Source of the DNA: Candidatus Methanosuratincola verstraetei
Lineage (GTDB): Archaea; Thermoproteota; Methanomethylicia; Methanomethylicales; Methanomethylicaceae
Direction: 5' to 3'
Assembly (NCBI GenBank): GCA_049570475.1
Contig: CP186953.1
Location: forward strand, 1,440,080 to 1,504,079
DNA: 64,000 nucleotides
In this document: positions 1 through 10,121 of the stretch, one piece after another
How positions within the stretch are numbered: the first letter of the stretch is position 1
Layout: every line of letters begins with the position of its first letter
Notes under the pieces: generated by a model
What the model saw: only the letters and a program-made list of their open reading frames with translations
The model's database searches: none
Told to the model about the DNA's origin: nothing
Made by a program: the position numbers and the translations under genes

Positions 1-192
1 TTGGTTTCCGTCCTTTCCATACGCATCCCCTTACCAATCATGGCGCCGTAATAAAAACCTTTCCCGCTCCATCCGCTGCCTTCTAAGAAGCCTCCGCGGG
101 CCTAGCAACGCGCCAGGCATTGTGGCTTGCTGGTTTTGGTTGAGCTTGCCTTATAAGACCATGATTCGTATGCTTAAGCAAGGTGTTCCAAA

Positions 193-1332
193 ATGCCAGA
201 ACTGACGAGGGATGAGATGCTTGAACTCGCTTCATTGCTCGTGAAGCGCTCGATGTCAATCGGGAGGAAGCCGGGAGGGGGCTTCGACTCGGTCTCGATC
301 ATGTACAACGACCAGGACCCATCCTGCAGGGAGTTTGCCGAACTGGTGGAGGAGGAGTGCTGGAGGCAGGGTTCCTACACGATAATCAGGGGGTACTCCT
401 CCGTTCGGAACAGGAGGAAGTACGAGCTCTCCCCAGAGGAGTCCTTGAAGGGGATGGATCCGATCGCGAGGGCCATAGCAGAGACCGTTGATGTCAGGAT
501 GTTCATAGGCGAGGAGGACGACCCTTACTGGTCCGAGGGGGTTTCCGATAAGGTGAGGCTGACCGCGCCTAACAGGCAGAAGCTCTACGAGATAATGGAC
601 AGGCGGGGCGTCCGGTGGGTCTACTTCGGGTGGCCGATCCCAGGGGCTGCAAAAGGCTACGGGTGCCCAGTGGAGAGGTTCAGGGAGATCTTCTTCAACA
701 GCATCAGGGCCTCCTTCTCGGCCGAGCTCCTAGACCTCTGCGGCTACTACTCGCGGGCGCTTAGCGGCGTCGATCGGGTCAGGATACTGGCTGAGGACAC
801 CGACCTATCCTTCAGCGTCAAGGGCAGGCCGGTGATAGTCGACGACGGCATAATCTCGAGGGAGGACATGGAGAATGGCGACGTCGGTCTAAACATACCG
901 TCCGGGGAGGTCTTCATAGCCCCGCTTGAGACAAGCGCCAACGGATACATCACCTTCCCGGTCGTGGTCATACCAGGATTCGGGAGGATCGACCGCCTCA
1001 GGCTCGAGTTCAGGGACGGGAAGGTCGCCTCTTACCTCGCCGAAAATGGCGCAGATCGCTTCGCAAAGTTCCTTGAGGCTAATACGGGCGAGAAGGACAG
1101 GATCGCCGAGCTGGGCATAGGCTGCAACCCAGGAGCGGAGTTCACCGGCGGGAGCATAATCATAGACGAGAAGATCTACAGGACGGTCCACATCGCGATC
1201 GGGAACAACACCGGATCCTACCACGGGACGAACCAGGCCTCGAGCCACCTCGACATGATCAAGGATATGCGCGGAGGGCAGCTCTTCTTCGACGGGAAGC
1301 TGGTGATGGAGCATGGCGAGCCAGTCAGGTGA
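193..1332 (+). CDS. M29 family aminopeptidase (AmpS/PepS-like)
   Basis: 379-aa ORF; the overall length and the C-terminal IAIGNNTG...HLDMI region resemble thermophilic M29 aminopeptidases. Confidence 0.6.
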   Translation: MPELTRDEMLELASLLVKRSMSIGRKPGGGFDSVSIMYNDQDPSCREFAELVEEECWRQGSYTIIRGYSSVRNRRKYELSPEESLKGMDPIARAIAETVDVRMFIGEEDDPYWSEGVSDKVRLTAPNRQKLYEIMDRRGVRWVYFGWPIPGAAKGYGCPVERFREIFFNSIRASFSAELLDLCGYYSRALSGVDRVRILAEDTDLSFSVKGRPVIVDDGIISREDMENGDVGLNIPSGEVFIAPLETSANGYITFPVVVIPGFGRIDRLRLEFRDGKVASYLAENGADRFAKFLEANTGEKDRIAELGIGCNPGAEFTGGSIIIDEKIYRTVHIAIGNNTGSYHGTNQASSHLDMIKDMRGGQLFFDGKLVMEHGEPVR

Positions 1333-1927
1333 TGCGCTCAGGAGGCTCGCGGAGTCTATACTCCACGGAAAGCAAGGCTCCCAGGAGATCGCCCTCTCAT
1401 GCCTCGAGCAGGGCTTGGGCGTGGACGAGATCCTTGCCAAGGGCGTGATAGGCGCATGGCTCGAGTTCGCCGCCTGGTACGACAGGGATCCAGACGGCGC
1501 GCTCAAGGGTTGGATGGAGTCGTACAATGCAACCAACAGGGTGCTGAGGGCGCTCGAGGCTGCGATCAGGGCGCCTGAGAACCCGCCCTTCTCGGCTGCC
1601 GTCTTCACAGTGAGGGGCGAAGGGCACGTGCTCATGCGCGACGTCCTCTCCCTCCTACTTCGGTCGCGAGGCGTCAGGGTCTACAGCAGCAGGAAAGGCC
1701 TCGTCCAGGAGGATCTCGCGGACCCGATCTCCGACCCTTCGCTCAAATGGCTGGTGGTGTCGTGCACCGAGGCTGACCTGAACGAACAGGTGTCCGCGAT
1801 TATAAGGTGGGCGAAGCAGAAGCGACCCGATCTCCGTGCGGTCGCAGGAGGCCCCCAAGCTGAAAAAGTGGGCGCAGACATAGTTGTCAACGACCCATAC
1901 GATCTGCTCAAGGTACTCGGGGTGTAA
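1313..1927 (+). CDS. Stand-alone B12-binding domain protein (helical cap plus Rossmann B12-binding domain)
   Basis: 204 aa. The N-terminal helical region resembles a B12-binding_2 cap. The C-terminal part has a GEGHVLMRDV...AVAGGP pattern resembling the corrinoid-binding HxxG...GG fold. The start overlaps the aminopeptidase stop. Confidence 0.45.
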   Translation: MASQSGDALRRLAESILHGKQGSQEIALSCLEQGLGVDEILAKGVIGAWLEFAAWYDRDPDGALKGWMESYNATNRVLRALEAAIRAPENPPFSAAVFTVRGEGHVLMRDVLSLLLRSRGVRVYSSRKGLVQEDLADPISDPSLKWLVVSCTEADLNEQVSAIIRWAKQKRPDLRAVAGGPQAEKVGADIVVNDPYDLLKVLGV

Positions 1928-1996
1928 AAATCAGTCATCCAGATCATCCGGGATCGGCGGACGGCGAAGGACAAGCTGGAAGAAGTTGGTGGGAGA

Positions 1997-2275
1997 TCAG
2001 ACGAGCTTCGGGGTGATCTTCTTGCTCACCGCTATCTCGTCGACACTCTTTAGCGCTGTGCTGTTCTCAGCCAGAACCTTGGCTACCTCCTCGTAGCAGA
2101 TGCTGTTCCCCTGTATGATCATCCTGATCGTCTCGGTCTTTATGTCGGTCTCCACGACGTTGATGCTCACGTTGTCTACGCCCTCAATCTTGCATATGGC
2201 CTTGGAGAGCTCGGCTATAGAGATCTCCCTCGGCTTCAGCGCGTCCAGCACGAGCTTCTTTATGTCTATGCTCAA
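1997..2275 (-). CDS. DUF211-like small archaeal protein
   Basis: 92-aa acidic alpha/beta protein; resembles the conserved archaeal DUF211 family. Confidence 0.35.
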   Translation of the reverse strand: MSIDIKKLVLDALKPREISIAELSKAICKIEGVDNVSINVVETDIKTETIRMIIQGNSICYEEVAKVLAENSTALKSVDEIAVSKKITPKLV

Positions 2276-2414
2276 TAGGATACCCCTGGAATAAGATCCG
2301 CTTGCAGTTTTTTACCTTTTCCCTTTCCAAAAAATGCGGAAATTGCCGGTTTGGCACTGCTTAATTTTTCGACCTTAAATTGCTAGCTATGGCCTCATTT
2401 ATTTGGGTCTGAGT

Positions 2415-3023
2415 TTAGACACCCGCGCCGGTGAGGAAGAGTATTGCCACTATGGCCAGCCCCATCGCGACGGTCAGCAGGCTGTACTTGAGCCGGTTGG
2501 CTGACGCAATCTTGCCTAGGTAAATCCCGAGCAGCGCTAGGGTCGAGAGGTTGATCGCGATCGAGGCTACCATCGCATACTGCAGCGAGAGCGCAGATGG
2601 GGATATTTCGTGGATCATGAACGGGATCAGCGTGAGGAATATGGTCAGCGCAGGGGAGATCCCGTCAACGACCGCGAGCGCAAAAGTCACGAATTTCGAT
2701 GCCCGGTATATGATGCTGTCCTTGATCTCCATCATTATGCTCTCTTCTATCTCCTTGATCTTCCTGGAGCGCTCAGCTTTCTCTGATAGGAACGCCCCGA
2801 CGAACCCGGAGATTCCGGTCGCGAGCGCGAGCCCTAACCCCGAGTTGATTATGAGGTGCGCATCGGCCTTCCCCGTTATGTAAGCCCCCATCACCACCCC
2901 GAGAATGGCGAGCGCCCCGTCGAAGGAGTTCATCACGAAGTACCTCCTGGACAGCTCGGCCGCCCCCGCAACGCTGAAGTACTTCCTTGCCCTCTTCCTG
3001 AATCTCCTTATCCTGCGCAGCAT
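2415..3023 (-). CDS. VIT1/CCC1 family membrane protein (putative iron/manganese transporter)
   Basis: 202 aa; a cytosolic helical N-terminus followed by multiple TM helices, similar to the DUF125/VIT family. Confidence 0.45.
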   Translation of the reverse strand: MLRRIRRFRKRARKYFSVAGAAELSRRYFVMNSFDGALAILGVVMGAYITGKADAHLIINSGLGLALATGISGFVGAFLSEKAERSRKIKEIEESIMMEIKDSIIYRASKFVTFALAVVDGISPALTIFLTLIPFMIHEISPSALSLQYAMVASIAINLSTLALLGIYLGKIASANRLKYSLLTVAMGLAIVAILFLTGAGV

Positions 3024-3053
3024 GCTACCAATTTTGCCCCCTTGTCAAATGCC

Positions 3054-3737
3054 TCATGGCGATCCGCCGATCAGGTACTCCGTCGGGTCCTTGACGCCGG
3101 CCTCGGCAAAAGCCCTTTTCCTGTTCTCGCAGGACTCGCAGGACCCGCAGTGGATCTCCCCGTCCCGGTAGCAGCTCCAGGTGAGCTCGAACGGGACGCC
3201 TAGCCTCGCGCCAAGCCTGACGACCTCGCTCTTCTTAAGCGAGAGCAATGGGGCCTCGATTGAGATGTCGGATCCGGTCCCGAGCTTTGCAGCCCTCTCC
3301 ATCGCCTCCACGAACTCCCTCCTGCAGTCAGGGTAGTTCTCGGCGTCCGACGCATGTGCCCCGTAGAGCACATGCCTGGCGCCTATCGAGTCTGCATAGG
3401 CGACCGCCGCAGATAGGAGCACCGCGTTCCTGAACGGGACTATTATCGGCTTAGAGAACTCCCTGGTTATCTCTATCCCGCGGTCGACCAGCGAGGTGGC
3501 GCCCATGTAGAGCTCCGAGAGCCCGCTGAGGTCCACGAGCCTCCACGGGAGCCCAAGCCTTTTGGAAACCTCCCTGGCGCTCCTGATCTCGGCCCTGGCG
3601 ATCTGCCCGTAGTCGAAGGTTATCGGGAAGGCGCTGAAGCCGTTGTCTAGGGCATAGTAGAGCACCGTGGTGCTGTCGAGGCCGCCCGAGATTACTACGA
3701 CCGCGCCCTCCTTTTTGGATGCCATCCTGGATGCCAT
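3054..3737 (-). CDS. queC: 7-cyano-7-deazaguanine synthase
   Basis: PP-loop SGGLDSTT near the N-terminus; C-terminal zinc cluster CGSCESCENRKRAF; typical length. Confidence 0.85.
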   Translation of the reverse strand: MASRMASKKEGAVVVISGGLDSTTVLYYALDNGFSAFPITFDYGQIARAEIRSAREVSKRLGLPWRLVDLSGLSELYMGATSLVDRGIEITREFSKPIIVPFRNAVLLSAAVAYADSIGARHVLYGAHASDAENYPDCRREFVEAMERAAKLGTGSDISIEAPLLSLKKSEVVRLGARLGVPFELTWSCYRDGEIHCGSCESCENRKRAFAEAGVKDPTEYLIGGSP

Positions 3738-4214
3738 TCACCTCACCCCTGCCCTCTTGAGTGAAACATATAGCAGGTAACCGAGCCCGATCGTGGCGAT
3801 GCCGACGCCGACGATCAGGTACGCGAATGTGATCAGGAAAGGCAGCCCCAGCACGTAGTTGAGGAGCGCCCCGACCCAAGCTGAGATTATCATGGTGTAG
3901 CACACGAGCCCGGCGATGACTGACCTGCCCCTGAGCCTCAGGACTATCAAAAGTGCGATGAAGGTCGGGATCGCGCTGAGCAGGTCCAGGGGGCCGAGCG
4001 GGCTGGCAAGGTTGCCTATGAATACCCCCAGGCTGATCCCAAGAGCTGCCGGAAGCCCGATCAGCGGGACGATGCCGATGAGCGCGTTCGCAACCCTGAT
4101 CTGGATCGCGCCGAAGCTTATTGGAGCCAAGGAAATTGTTAAAGCCGCATAGACTGCGGCTATTATGGCTGTCTTGACGACAGCCCTAGTTTTCGAAGGT
4201 GTTGGCTTTTGCAT
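3738..4214 (-). CDS. QueT-like queuosine-precursor transporter (ECF S-component-like membrane protein)
   Basis: 158-aa polytopic membrane protein immediately upstream of queC on the same strand; resembles the QueT family. Confidence 0.4.
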   Translation of the reverse strand: MQKPTPSKTRAVVKTAIIAAVYAALTISLAPISFGAIQIRVANALIGIVPLIGLPAALGISLGVFIGNLASPLGPLDLLSAIPTFIALLIVLRLRGRSVIAGLVCYTMIISAWVGALLNYVLGLPFLITFAYLIVGVGIATIGLGYLLYVSLKRAGVR

Positions 4215-4492
4215 AATCTCCCAACTCCGGGTTTTCTAAGGCGGAACGGGTGGGAGACCACTCACCCGCCTAGGGTTCTAAAACATTCAAGCCCTGATAT
4301 TTAAATTATACCGTTCCTAAATATTCCGTTCAGCTTTCTTGGCGCTGCCGGGGACCGTGCTGGGATTGGCTGGACGTGCAGGAGCGAGGCGCGGGCCCAT
4401 CTTGATGCGCATCAGATCAGGGAATCTCCTTGACTTGATCTGCAGCTCCGATACTGTTTTTAAAACCTCGCACGATATTCTGAGCGAGGCAC

Positions 4493-5392
4493 ATGCCAGG
4501 CAACTCTTCCTCCCCCCCAATCTACCCATTCCTTAAGTGGGCTGGCGGAAAGTCCCAGCTGCTGGACAACATCGTGGGGTGCATGCCGGAGGACTTCGGG
4601 ACTTACTTTGAGCCTTTCCTCGGAGGCGGCGCGCTCTTCTTCAGGCTCGTCTCGATGGGGAGGGTGAGGCGCGCCATCCTTTCAGATCTGAACAGGGACC
4701 TGATAAACTGCTATGTCGTGGTCAGGGACGAGCTCGACGCCCTGATCTCGCGGCTGGAGTACTACCAGAAGTATGTCGGAGCGAAGGACTTCTTCTACGA
4801 GGTCGCACGGCCTTCGTTCAACAAGATCAGGCTGAAGAATGGACTTGAGAAGAATGTCGAGAAGGCTGCGCTGCTGATATACCTGAACAAGACCTGCTTC
4901 AACGGGCTCTACCGAGTTAACTCGAAGGGGGAGTTCAATGTCCCTTGGGGTCGGTACGACTCCCCCTCGCTCTTCGATGAGGCGAACCTAAGGGCTGTGA
5001 GCAGGGCGCTTGATCAGAGATGGGTCGAGATAATGTGCTGCGACTACAGGGAGGCGGTGAAGCTGGCTAGAGCCGGAGACCTCGTCTACTTTGACCCTCC
5101 ATACCAACCGCTCAGCCGAACATCCTCTTTCACGCAGTACACGCCCGATTCATTCTCCGAAGAGGACCAGCGGGCGCTTGCTGAGGCATTCAGGGATCTG
5201 GACGGGAGGGGGTGCAAGGTCGTGATGAGCAACTCCTCCAGCCCGCTGGTGGAGGGTCTTTACCGCGATTACATATCAAGGGGGCAATTCAGGGTTGCGA
5301 TGGCTGCAAGGGCGATCTCGTGCCTGGGGGACGGCAGGGGGAGGATCCCGGAGTATATAATATTCAACTACCCGATGCCTCGCAATCAGTGA
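4493..5392 (+). CDS. dam: DNA adenine methyltransferase (Dam/D12 class N6-MTase)
   Basis: N-terminal motif FLKWAGGKSQL and catalytic DPPY in VYFDPPYQPLS; no restriction endonuclease ORF is adjacent. Confidence 0.85.
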   Translation: MPGNSSSPPIYPFLKWAGGKSQLLDNIVGCMPEDFGTYFEPFLGGGALFFRLVSMGRVRRAILSDLNRDLINCYVVVRDELDALISRLEYYQKYVGAKDFFYEVARPSFNKIRLKNGLEKNVEKAALLIYLNKTCFNGLYRVNSKGEFNVPWGRYDSPSLFDEANLRAVSRALDQRWVEIMCCDYREAVKLARAGDLVYFDPPYQPLSRTSSFTQYTPDSFSEEDQRALAEAFRDLDGRGCKVVMSNSSSPLVEGLYRDYISRGQFRVAMAARAISCLGDGRGRIPEYIIFNYPMPRNQ

Positions 5393-5545
5393 TGCAGCAG
5401 GGATGGATCAGCAGCTGTCCTCTGGGCGTTAGCAGGCGCCCTCGCTGCGATTGATGGATGCCCCATTGCGAATCGGGCTTCCTAGAGTCGCTTTTGGAAG
5501 CTTTTATTAAACCTGACTCTACCCAATAAGAGAAGTGGTGAGAGA

Positions 5546-6706
5546 TTGTCGCTCTCTGGCCGAATGCTTAACCTCAAGGAGTCTGGCACGCTGAAAATAC
5601 TCGACAAGGTCAAGTCCCTTCAGTCCAAGGGGATTGACGTGATCCAGCTAGACGTTGGCGAGCCTGACTTCGACACTCCTAGGAACATCGTTGAGGCTGC
5701 CCACCGGGCGATGCTCGAAGGGTTCACCCACTACACCCCCAGCGCCGGGATCCCTGAGCTTAGGGATGCAGTCGCGGAGAAGCTCAGGTCCGAGAACGGG
5801 CTGGACGTCAGGCGCGAGAACGTGCTGATAACGCCCGGCTCAAAACAGGCGCTTTTCTACGCGGTGATGGCTCTGGTCGAGGAGGGCGAGGAGGTGATTG
5901 TGCCCACGCCAGCCTGGCCCTCATACGTTGAGATGGTGACTGTCGCGGGCGGGACGGTGAGGGAGATCCCTGCAAAAGACGGCTTTTCGCCTGACATCGA
6001 AGGGATAAAGTCAGCCGTGAACGAGAGGACCAAGCTGATGATCCTGAACTCGCCGAACAACCCGACCGGGTATGTCTACACCAAGGAAGAGCTGGGGGCC
6101 CTTGCAGAGATAGCCTCAGACTCGAGGATATACGTCCTCTCTGACGAGATCTATGAGAAGATGCTCTACGAGGGGGAATTCAGGAGCTTTGGATCATTTC
6201 CGGGCGTAGATGATCTGGTGATCACCGTCAACGGGTTCTCGAAGACTTACGCGATGACCGGGTGGCGCATCGGTTACGCCGCGGGCCCGCGCGACGTGAT
6301 AGCCGCGATGAACAAGCTCCAGCAGCACTCTGCGAGCTGCCCCGCATCGTTCGTCCAGAAGGCGGCTCTCGCTGCCCTCAGCCCAGAGACCCCTGTAAGG
6401 CCCATGATCGAGGAGTTCAGGAGGAGGAGAGACTTCCTCTGCAGCGAACTTAACAGGATGGGCGCATTCAAGGTTCTGCCGCCGAAGGGCGCGTTCTACC
6501 TCTTCCCTGACATTTCCGGAACTGGGATCGAGTCTGTCGAGCTCTGCAATCTGCTTCTTGAGGAGGGCCATGTAAGCACCACCCCAGGGGAGGCATTCGG
6601 CGGGTTCTCTGGGCACATACGGCTCTCTTATGCCAACTCGATGGAAAGGCTGCGTGCTGCTGCCGATAGGATAAGGGGCGTTCTTGAAAAGCATGGTTTA
6701 GCATGA
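5546..6706 (+). CDS. Aspartate/aromatic aminotransferase (class I PLP-dependent)
   Basis: NPxNPTG motif, SKTYAMTGWRIGY with the Schiff-base lysine context, 386 aa. Confidence 0.8.
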   Translation: MSLSGRMLNLKESGTLKILDKVKSLQSKGIDVIQLDVGEPDFDTPRNIVEAAHRAMLEGFTHYTPSAGIPELRDAVAEKLRSENGLDVRRENVLITPGSKQALFYAVMALVEEGEEVIVPTPAWPSYVEMVTVAGGTVREIPAKDGFSPDIEGIKSAVNERTKLMILNSPNNPTGYVYTKEELGALAEIASDSRIYVLSDEIYEKMLYEGEFRSFGSFPGVDDLVITVNGFSKTYAMTGWRIGYAAGPRDVIAAMNKLQQHSASCPASFVQKAALAALSPETPVRPMIEEFRRRRDFLCSELNRMGAFKVLPPKGAFYLFPDISGTGIESVELCNLLLEEGHVSTTPGEAFGGFSGHIRLSYANSMERLRAAADRIRGVLEKHGLA

Positions 6707-6710
6707 ACAG

Positions 6711-7445
6711 GTGTTGGCTGTGGCTAGTGTGCTGAAGAATCCGCATAGGCGGAGGATATTGGAGCTGCTCTACAGCCGAAAGGCAATGACCCCGAAGGAG
6801 ATAGCGGAGGACCTAAAGATAGGCGTCCCAACGGTTTACTACCACCTCGAAATCCTCAGGGAGTACGTGCAGAAGACAGCAAGGGGCGAGTTCTCGATCA
6901 CTGACAAGGGCATGGAAGCCTACAAGAAGGAGGTCTTGAACTCGCCCGAATCGGTTGGGACTTCCCACGCTTTCGTTTACAGGATCATTTCAAGGCCCGT
7001 CCTTCTGCTGGTGATGGGGCTTGCTGCAGCGGCTGCAGAATTGTCAGCCTGCAGCATATTGGGCTATGTCCCACTCCTCATGGGCTACGTCCCTGTCCTT
7101 GAGGCATCAAGTCTCTTCTTTAATTACGCTGCAAGCCTAGTCGTGGCATTCATTGTATTCGAGTTTGCCTCGTTGGCAATCACCCGGAGGCTGGGAGGGG
7201 AGGCTGCTCTGTTTGCAGGAACGATGATCTCCAGAGCCCCCCTTCTGCTCCTTTTCCTGATACCTGCTGCTGGTCTAGGGGGATCCATTTTTTCAATAAT
7301 TATGACCGCACTAGCCCAGTTGCTTTCGGTCTTCATCATGTCCATATTCCTCTCTCTATCAAGAGGGCTGCGCCAGGAGTACTCGATAATGATATGCTTG
7401 ATCATCCTCTATGGGAATCTCCTAGTTTATTCACGGATGTGGTGA
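6711..7445 (+). CDS. ArsR-family winged-HTH regulator fused to a C-terminal membrane domain
   Basis: N-terminal RRRILELLYS...PTVYYHLEILRE HTH followed by about 4 hydrophobic TM segments. Confidence 0.5.
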   Translation: MLAVASVLKNPHRRRILELLYSRKAMTPKEIAEDLKIGVPTVYYHLEILREYVQKTARGEFSITDKGMEAYKKEVLNSPESVGTSHAFVYRIISRPVLLLVMGLAAAAAELSACSILGYVPLLMGYVPVLEASSLFFNYAASLVVAFIVFEFASLAITRRLGGEAALFAGTMISRAPLLLLFLIPAAGLGGSIFSIIMTALAQLLSVFIMSIFLSLSRGLRQEYSIMICLIILYGNLLVYSRMW

Positions 7446-7493
7446 TTTTTTAAAATTAAAAGAAAAAAGAATAATAAAAAAAAATAATGAAGA
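7446..7493. terminator. AT-rich convergent intergenic region, probable bidirectional archaeal T-tract terminator
   Basis: About 48 bp at over 85% A+T (long A and T runs) between a plus-strand and a minus-strand gene in an otherwise GC-rich region. Confidence 0.35.
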
Positions 7494-9212
7494 TCAGGCT
7501 GCAGCCGGGTGCCTTCTTATGAACAATATCAGTGCGACTGCCCCGGCCAACACAATTGCGCTTGCGGCGAAGAGCTCATACGATCTTCCCCAGCTCGGCG
7601 CCGATGGCACTGCCTGGACTGACGAGATGCCCGTCGGCCCAAGCGTCACTATGTATGCTGAGTCTCCAGACGGTTGCTCAATGCCTAGGCTTGGGTCATG
7701 GATCAGGGTTCCGTTGAAGTATGGGTAGCAGAGGTACACCTTGACATGGTTGCCCGCGCTGAGGTAGGAGGCTGTGACATCCACTGTCGACTGGTTACCA
7801 TCCTTGTCTATGACGATTGCGGTCGGAACAAACTTGAAGAAGCCCCCTAGCGTCCCTTCTTCTGTCAGCTTTAGCTTTGCAGGCGCCAGGAACTTCATGA
7901 GCCTGCCCGCGACGTTCTTCTGAGCCCATTTGAGGTGGAAATTGAAGCTGTTGGCGTCCTGATCCTGCCTCTGTACATTGAGAGTGGCATTAGCGTCGTC
8001 TGCGCTGAATACGAAGTTGCCGCCTGCTGCCTGCATCTTGACGTCCTCGAGGTCGTTGAAAAGGTCTGAGACACTCCCGTTGACATGGAATGAAGATGCA
8101 TCCACCCAGAGCGCCAATGCTGGCGAGATTGTTACCGAGGTGGTGTTGAGGAATGATATGGTTTTCGGATCGAAGTTCCAATCCCAGTCCTTGACCACTA
8201 GGTCGACCTTCATCTCCCCGGCCGCCACATTGTAAGAGTACTGTTCGCCAGCTGCGTTGACAGTCTCGGTGACTGGCTGCCTGTATATTCTCACAGAGAG
8301 GTTTACATTCCCTTCGGCAAAGTCGAACTTCTGCGGGGCATCCACAAGAGTGAGGTTGAAAGCGAGCCCTATCGGCGTCCCGTTGCTGGCAGTGATCTCC
8401 CTGACATCGCCCATCTCCCACTTGCACCCTGAGAATGGAAGCAGTCCAGGGTGGAAGCCTTCGGCTATGCTGTCCAACTTCTGCCTCTTCTCTATGAGGT
8501 CGCCTATCATCGCTTTTGTCCTTTCCGTTATCGTCTGGGTCAGCCTCTGGCATGCCCTTATGGCTGTCGAGATCGAATTCTGGATCGTATTCTTGCTAGC
8601 CCCGCTGTCTATTGCACCTATGGCGCTGTTTATTGCAGCTATAGCATCGTCTATCTCCTGGGAGATTTCAGAATCGTTTACCTTTGGTTTTAGTCCGGCC
8701 AGCTCGTTTTCCGCTTCTTGCAGCATGGTCTTGACCTGGCTAAGATCAGGCTTGAAGAGCATAAGTTTCCCTGCGGCAAGCATCAGCCTGCTATGTGCCT
8801 CGAATGCCACTGAAAGCCCCTTGGCCGCAGCCCCTGCCTTGGCAAGATCGAGGGCATTTGCGGTCTGTATGATCCTCTGCCATAGGGTCCCTTCTGCAAC
8901 ATTCAACGTGCTGAATCTGGATCCGTTGACCTCTGCATATTCTATGAGACCCTTGAAGTGCACCACATAGACCTTGGAGGTGTCATTGTTTGCCCACCAC
9001 ACGAAGAACGGCTTAGTCCCGTTCCTCGGGAAGACGATCGTAAGGTCATCGGTGGTGATTTTCTTGTAATTGCCTTCGTCCGTCATCTGCAAACTGGCAC
9101 TGGCCGCACTCGGCTGGGCGGATGCCTGCGGGAAGGCTGCTACCCCCCCTACGAGGAGCAGCATGACAATCAACAAACCAGCTACTCTGCTACCTTCCAT
9201 CAGAATCACCAT
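7494..9212 (-). CDS. Secreted cell-surface protein with N-terminal signal peptide and C-terminal TM anchor
   Basis: 572 aa; hydrophobic signal at the N-terminus, a Thr/Ser/Asn-rich body with NxT/S sequons, C-terminal hydrophobic helix plus RRHP tail. Confidence 0.4.
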   Translation of the reverse strand: MVILMEGSRVAGLLIVMLLLVGGVAAFPQASAQPSAASASLQMTDEGNYKKITTDDLTIVFPRNGTKPFFVWWANNDTSKVYVVHFKGLIEYAEVNGSRFSTLNVAEGTLWQRIIQTANALDLAKAGAAAKGLSVAFEAHSRLMLAAGKLMLFKPDLSQVKTMLQEAENELAGLKPKVNDSEISQEIDDAIAAINSAIGAIDSGASKNTIQNSISTAIRACQRLTQTITERTKAMIGDLIEKRQKLDSIAEGFHPGLLPFSGCKWEMGDVREITASNGTPIGLAFNLTLVDAPQKFDFAEGNVNLSVRIYRQPVTETVNAAGEQYSYNVAAGEMKVDLVVKDWDWNFDPKTISFLNTTSVTISPALALWVDASSFHVNGSVSDLFNDLEDVKMQAAGGNFVFSADDANATLNVQRQDQDANSFNFHLKWAQKNVAGRLMKFLAPAKLKLTEEGTLGGFFKFVPTAIVIDKDGNQSTVDVTASYLSAGNHVKVYLCYPYFNGTLIHDPSLGIEQPSGDSAYIVTLGPTGISSVQAVPSAPSWGRSYELFAASAIVLAGAVALILFIRRHPAAA

Positions 9213-9365
9213 GTTAGGATTTGCACGAACCCAATATAACCTCTTCTAAGTTTAAAATTTGGATAAAATTTTCGAATTTTCGAATTTATTGACGTGATAG
9301 AGTTTTCTCTTATTTATGAACTGTTGCTTCTTGGAATGCCAAATCGCGAAAATCATAGTCTAATC

Positions 9366-10118
9366 TCATAGTTCTTGTTTGCCCTTCGCCGGAATCCATG
9401 CCGCATAGTAAACCAGCGCAATCAGGGCCACCCCGACTGTGCCCGGTAGGAGGTACCCTGTTTTGAAGAGGTATCCCGTCCAGAAAGAGAGTGTCAATAT
9501 GGCGCCGGATGAGGCGCCTGGGGGCAATTCCCTGAACACCATCTCCTTCCTGAGCAAAAAGAGCGTTGCTGCAGAGTAAGCTAGCCCCGTCGTTGCCCAG
9601 CCCAAGTAGTTTATAAGAGGGACGCCGTAATACGCGCCGGGGTCTTCCCATCCCCAGAGCCCTGCAGCCACCGCGCCAGGGTCGAGTGCCAGGTCAAAAG
9701 CGACAAGGATCGCCGCGCTCAGGAACGTGGTGCGCAGATGATCATCTCTGGTGAACCTGCGGGCGACTGAGACGGCGCCGAGCAGCATAGGGAGGTATGA
9801 CAGCGGAAGCGCAAAAGGCACTATGCTGAGGAGTAGGGGGCCCAGCGCATTAGAGTAGCTGAATTTTCCATATGGGAACCCCGTTATGACGGAGATCCCT
9901 TCTACCGCGGTTGCAGCGACACCTACGGCTGCTAGCGTCAGGGTTCCCTTCTTCCAGCCTGCCCACTTTATGAACGACGCGAAGGATGGGGCTGCGAATA
10001 GTGCCACGGACAGCACGGAGACTGTCCCCGCTTCTGGGATAGATGCAAAATCCACCACCGTGAGCGAAGAAAGAAAAACAACCACGCTCGAGGCGAGCAT
10101 CAGCCAAATCCGGCCCAA
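9366..10118 (-). CDS. Carotenoid biosynthesis membrane protein (CruF-like C50 carotenoid hydratase / lycopene-cyclase-domain family)
   Basis: 250-aa polytopic membrane protein immediately downstream of the lyeJ-like prenyltransferase, crtB and crtI; the gene order matches haloarchaeal bacterioruberin clusters. Confidence 0.4.
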   Translation of the reverse strand: MGRIWLMLASSVVVFLSSLTVVDFASIPEAGTVSVLSVALFAAPSFASFIKWAGWKKGTLTLAAVGVAATAVEGISVITGFPYGKFSYSNALGPLLLSIVPFALPLSYLPMLLGAVSVARRFTRDDHLRTTFLSAAILVAFDLALDPGAVAAGLWGWEDPGAYYGVPLINYLGWATTGLAYSAATLFLLRKEMVFRELPPGASSGAILTLSFWTGYLFKTGYLLPGTVGVALIALVYYAAWIPAKGKQEL

Positions 10119-10121
10119 AGA

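Noticed and set aside
7990-8970. ORFs 7990..8553 (-) and 8257..8970 (+) inside the surface-protein gene
   Set aside because: They are alternative frames of the 572-aa secreted protein gene, with no supporting features.
9213-9365. Short tandem TTTTCGAATTTTCGAATTT repeat in the intergenic region
   Set aside because: Only two short units inside an AT-rich promoter region of the surface-protein gene, with no spacer-repeat periodicity. It is not a CRISPR array.
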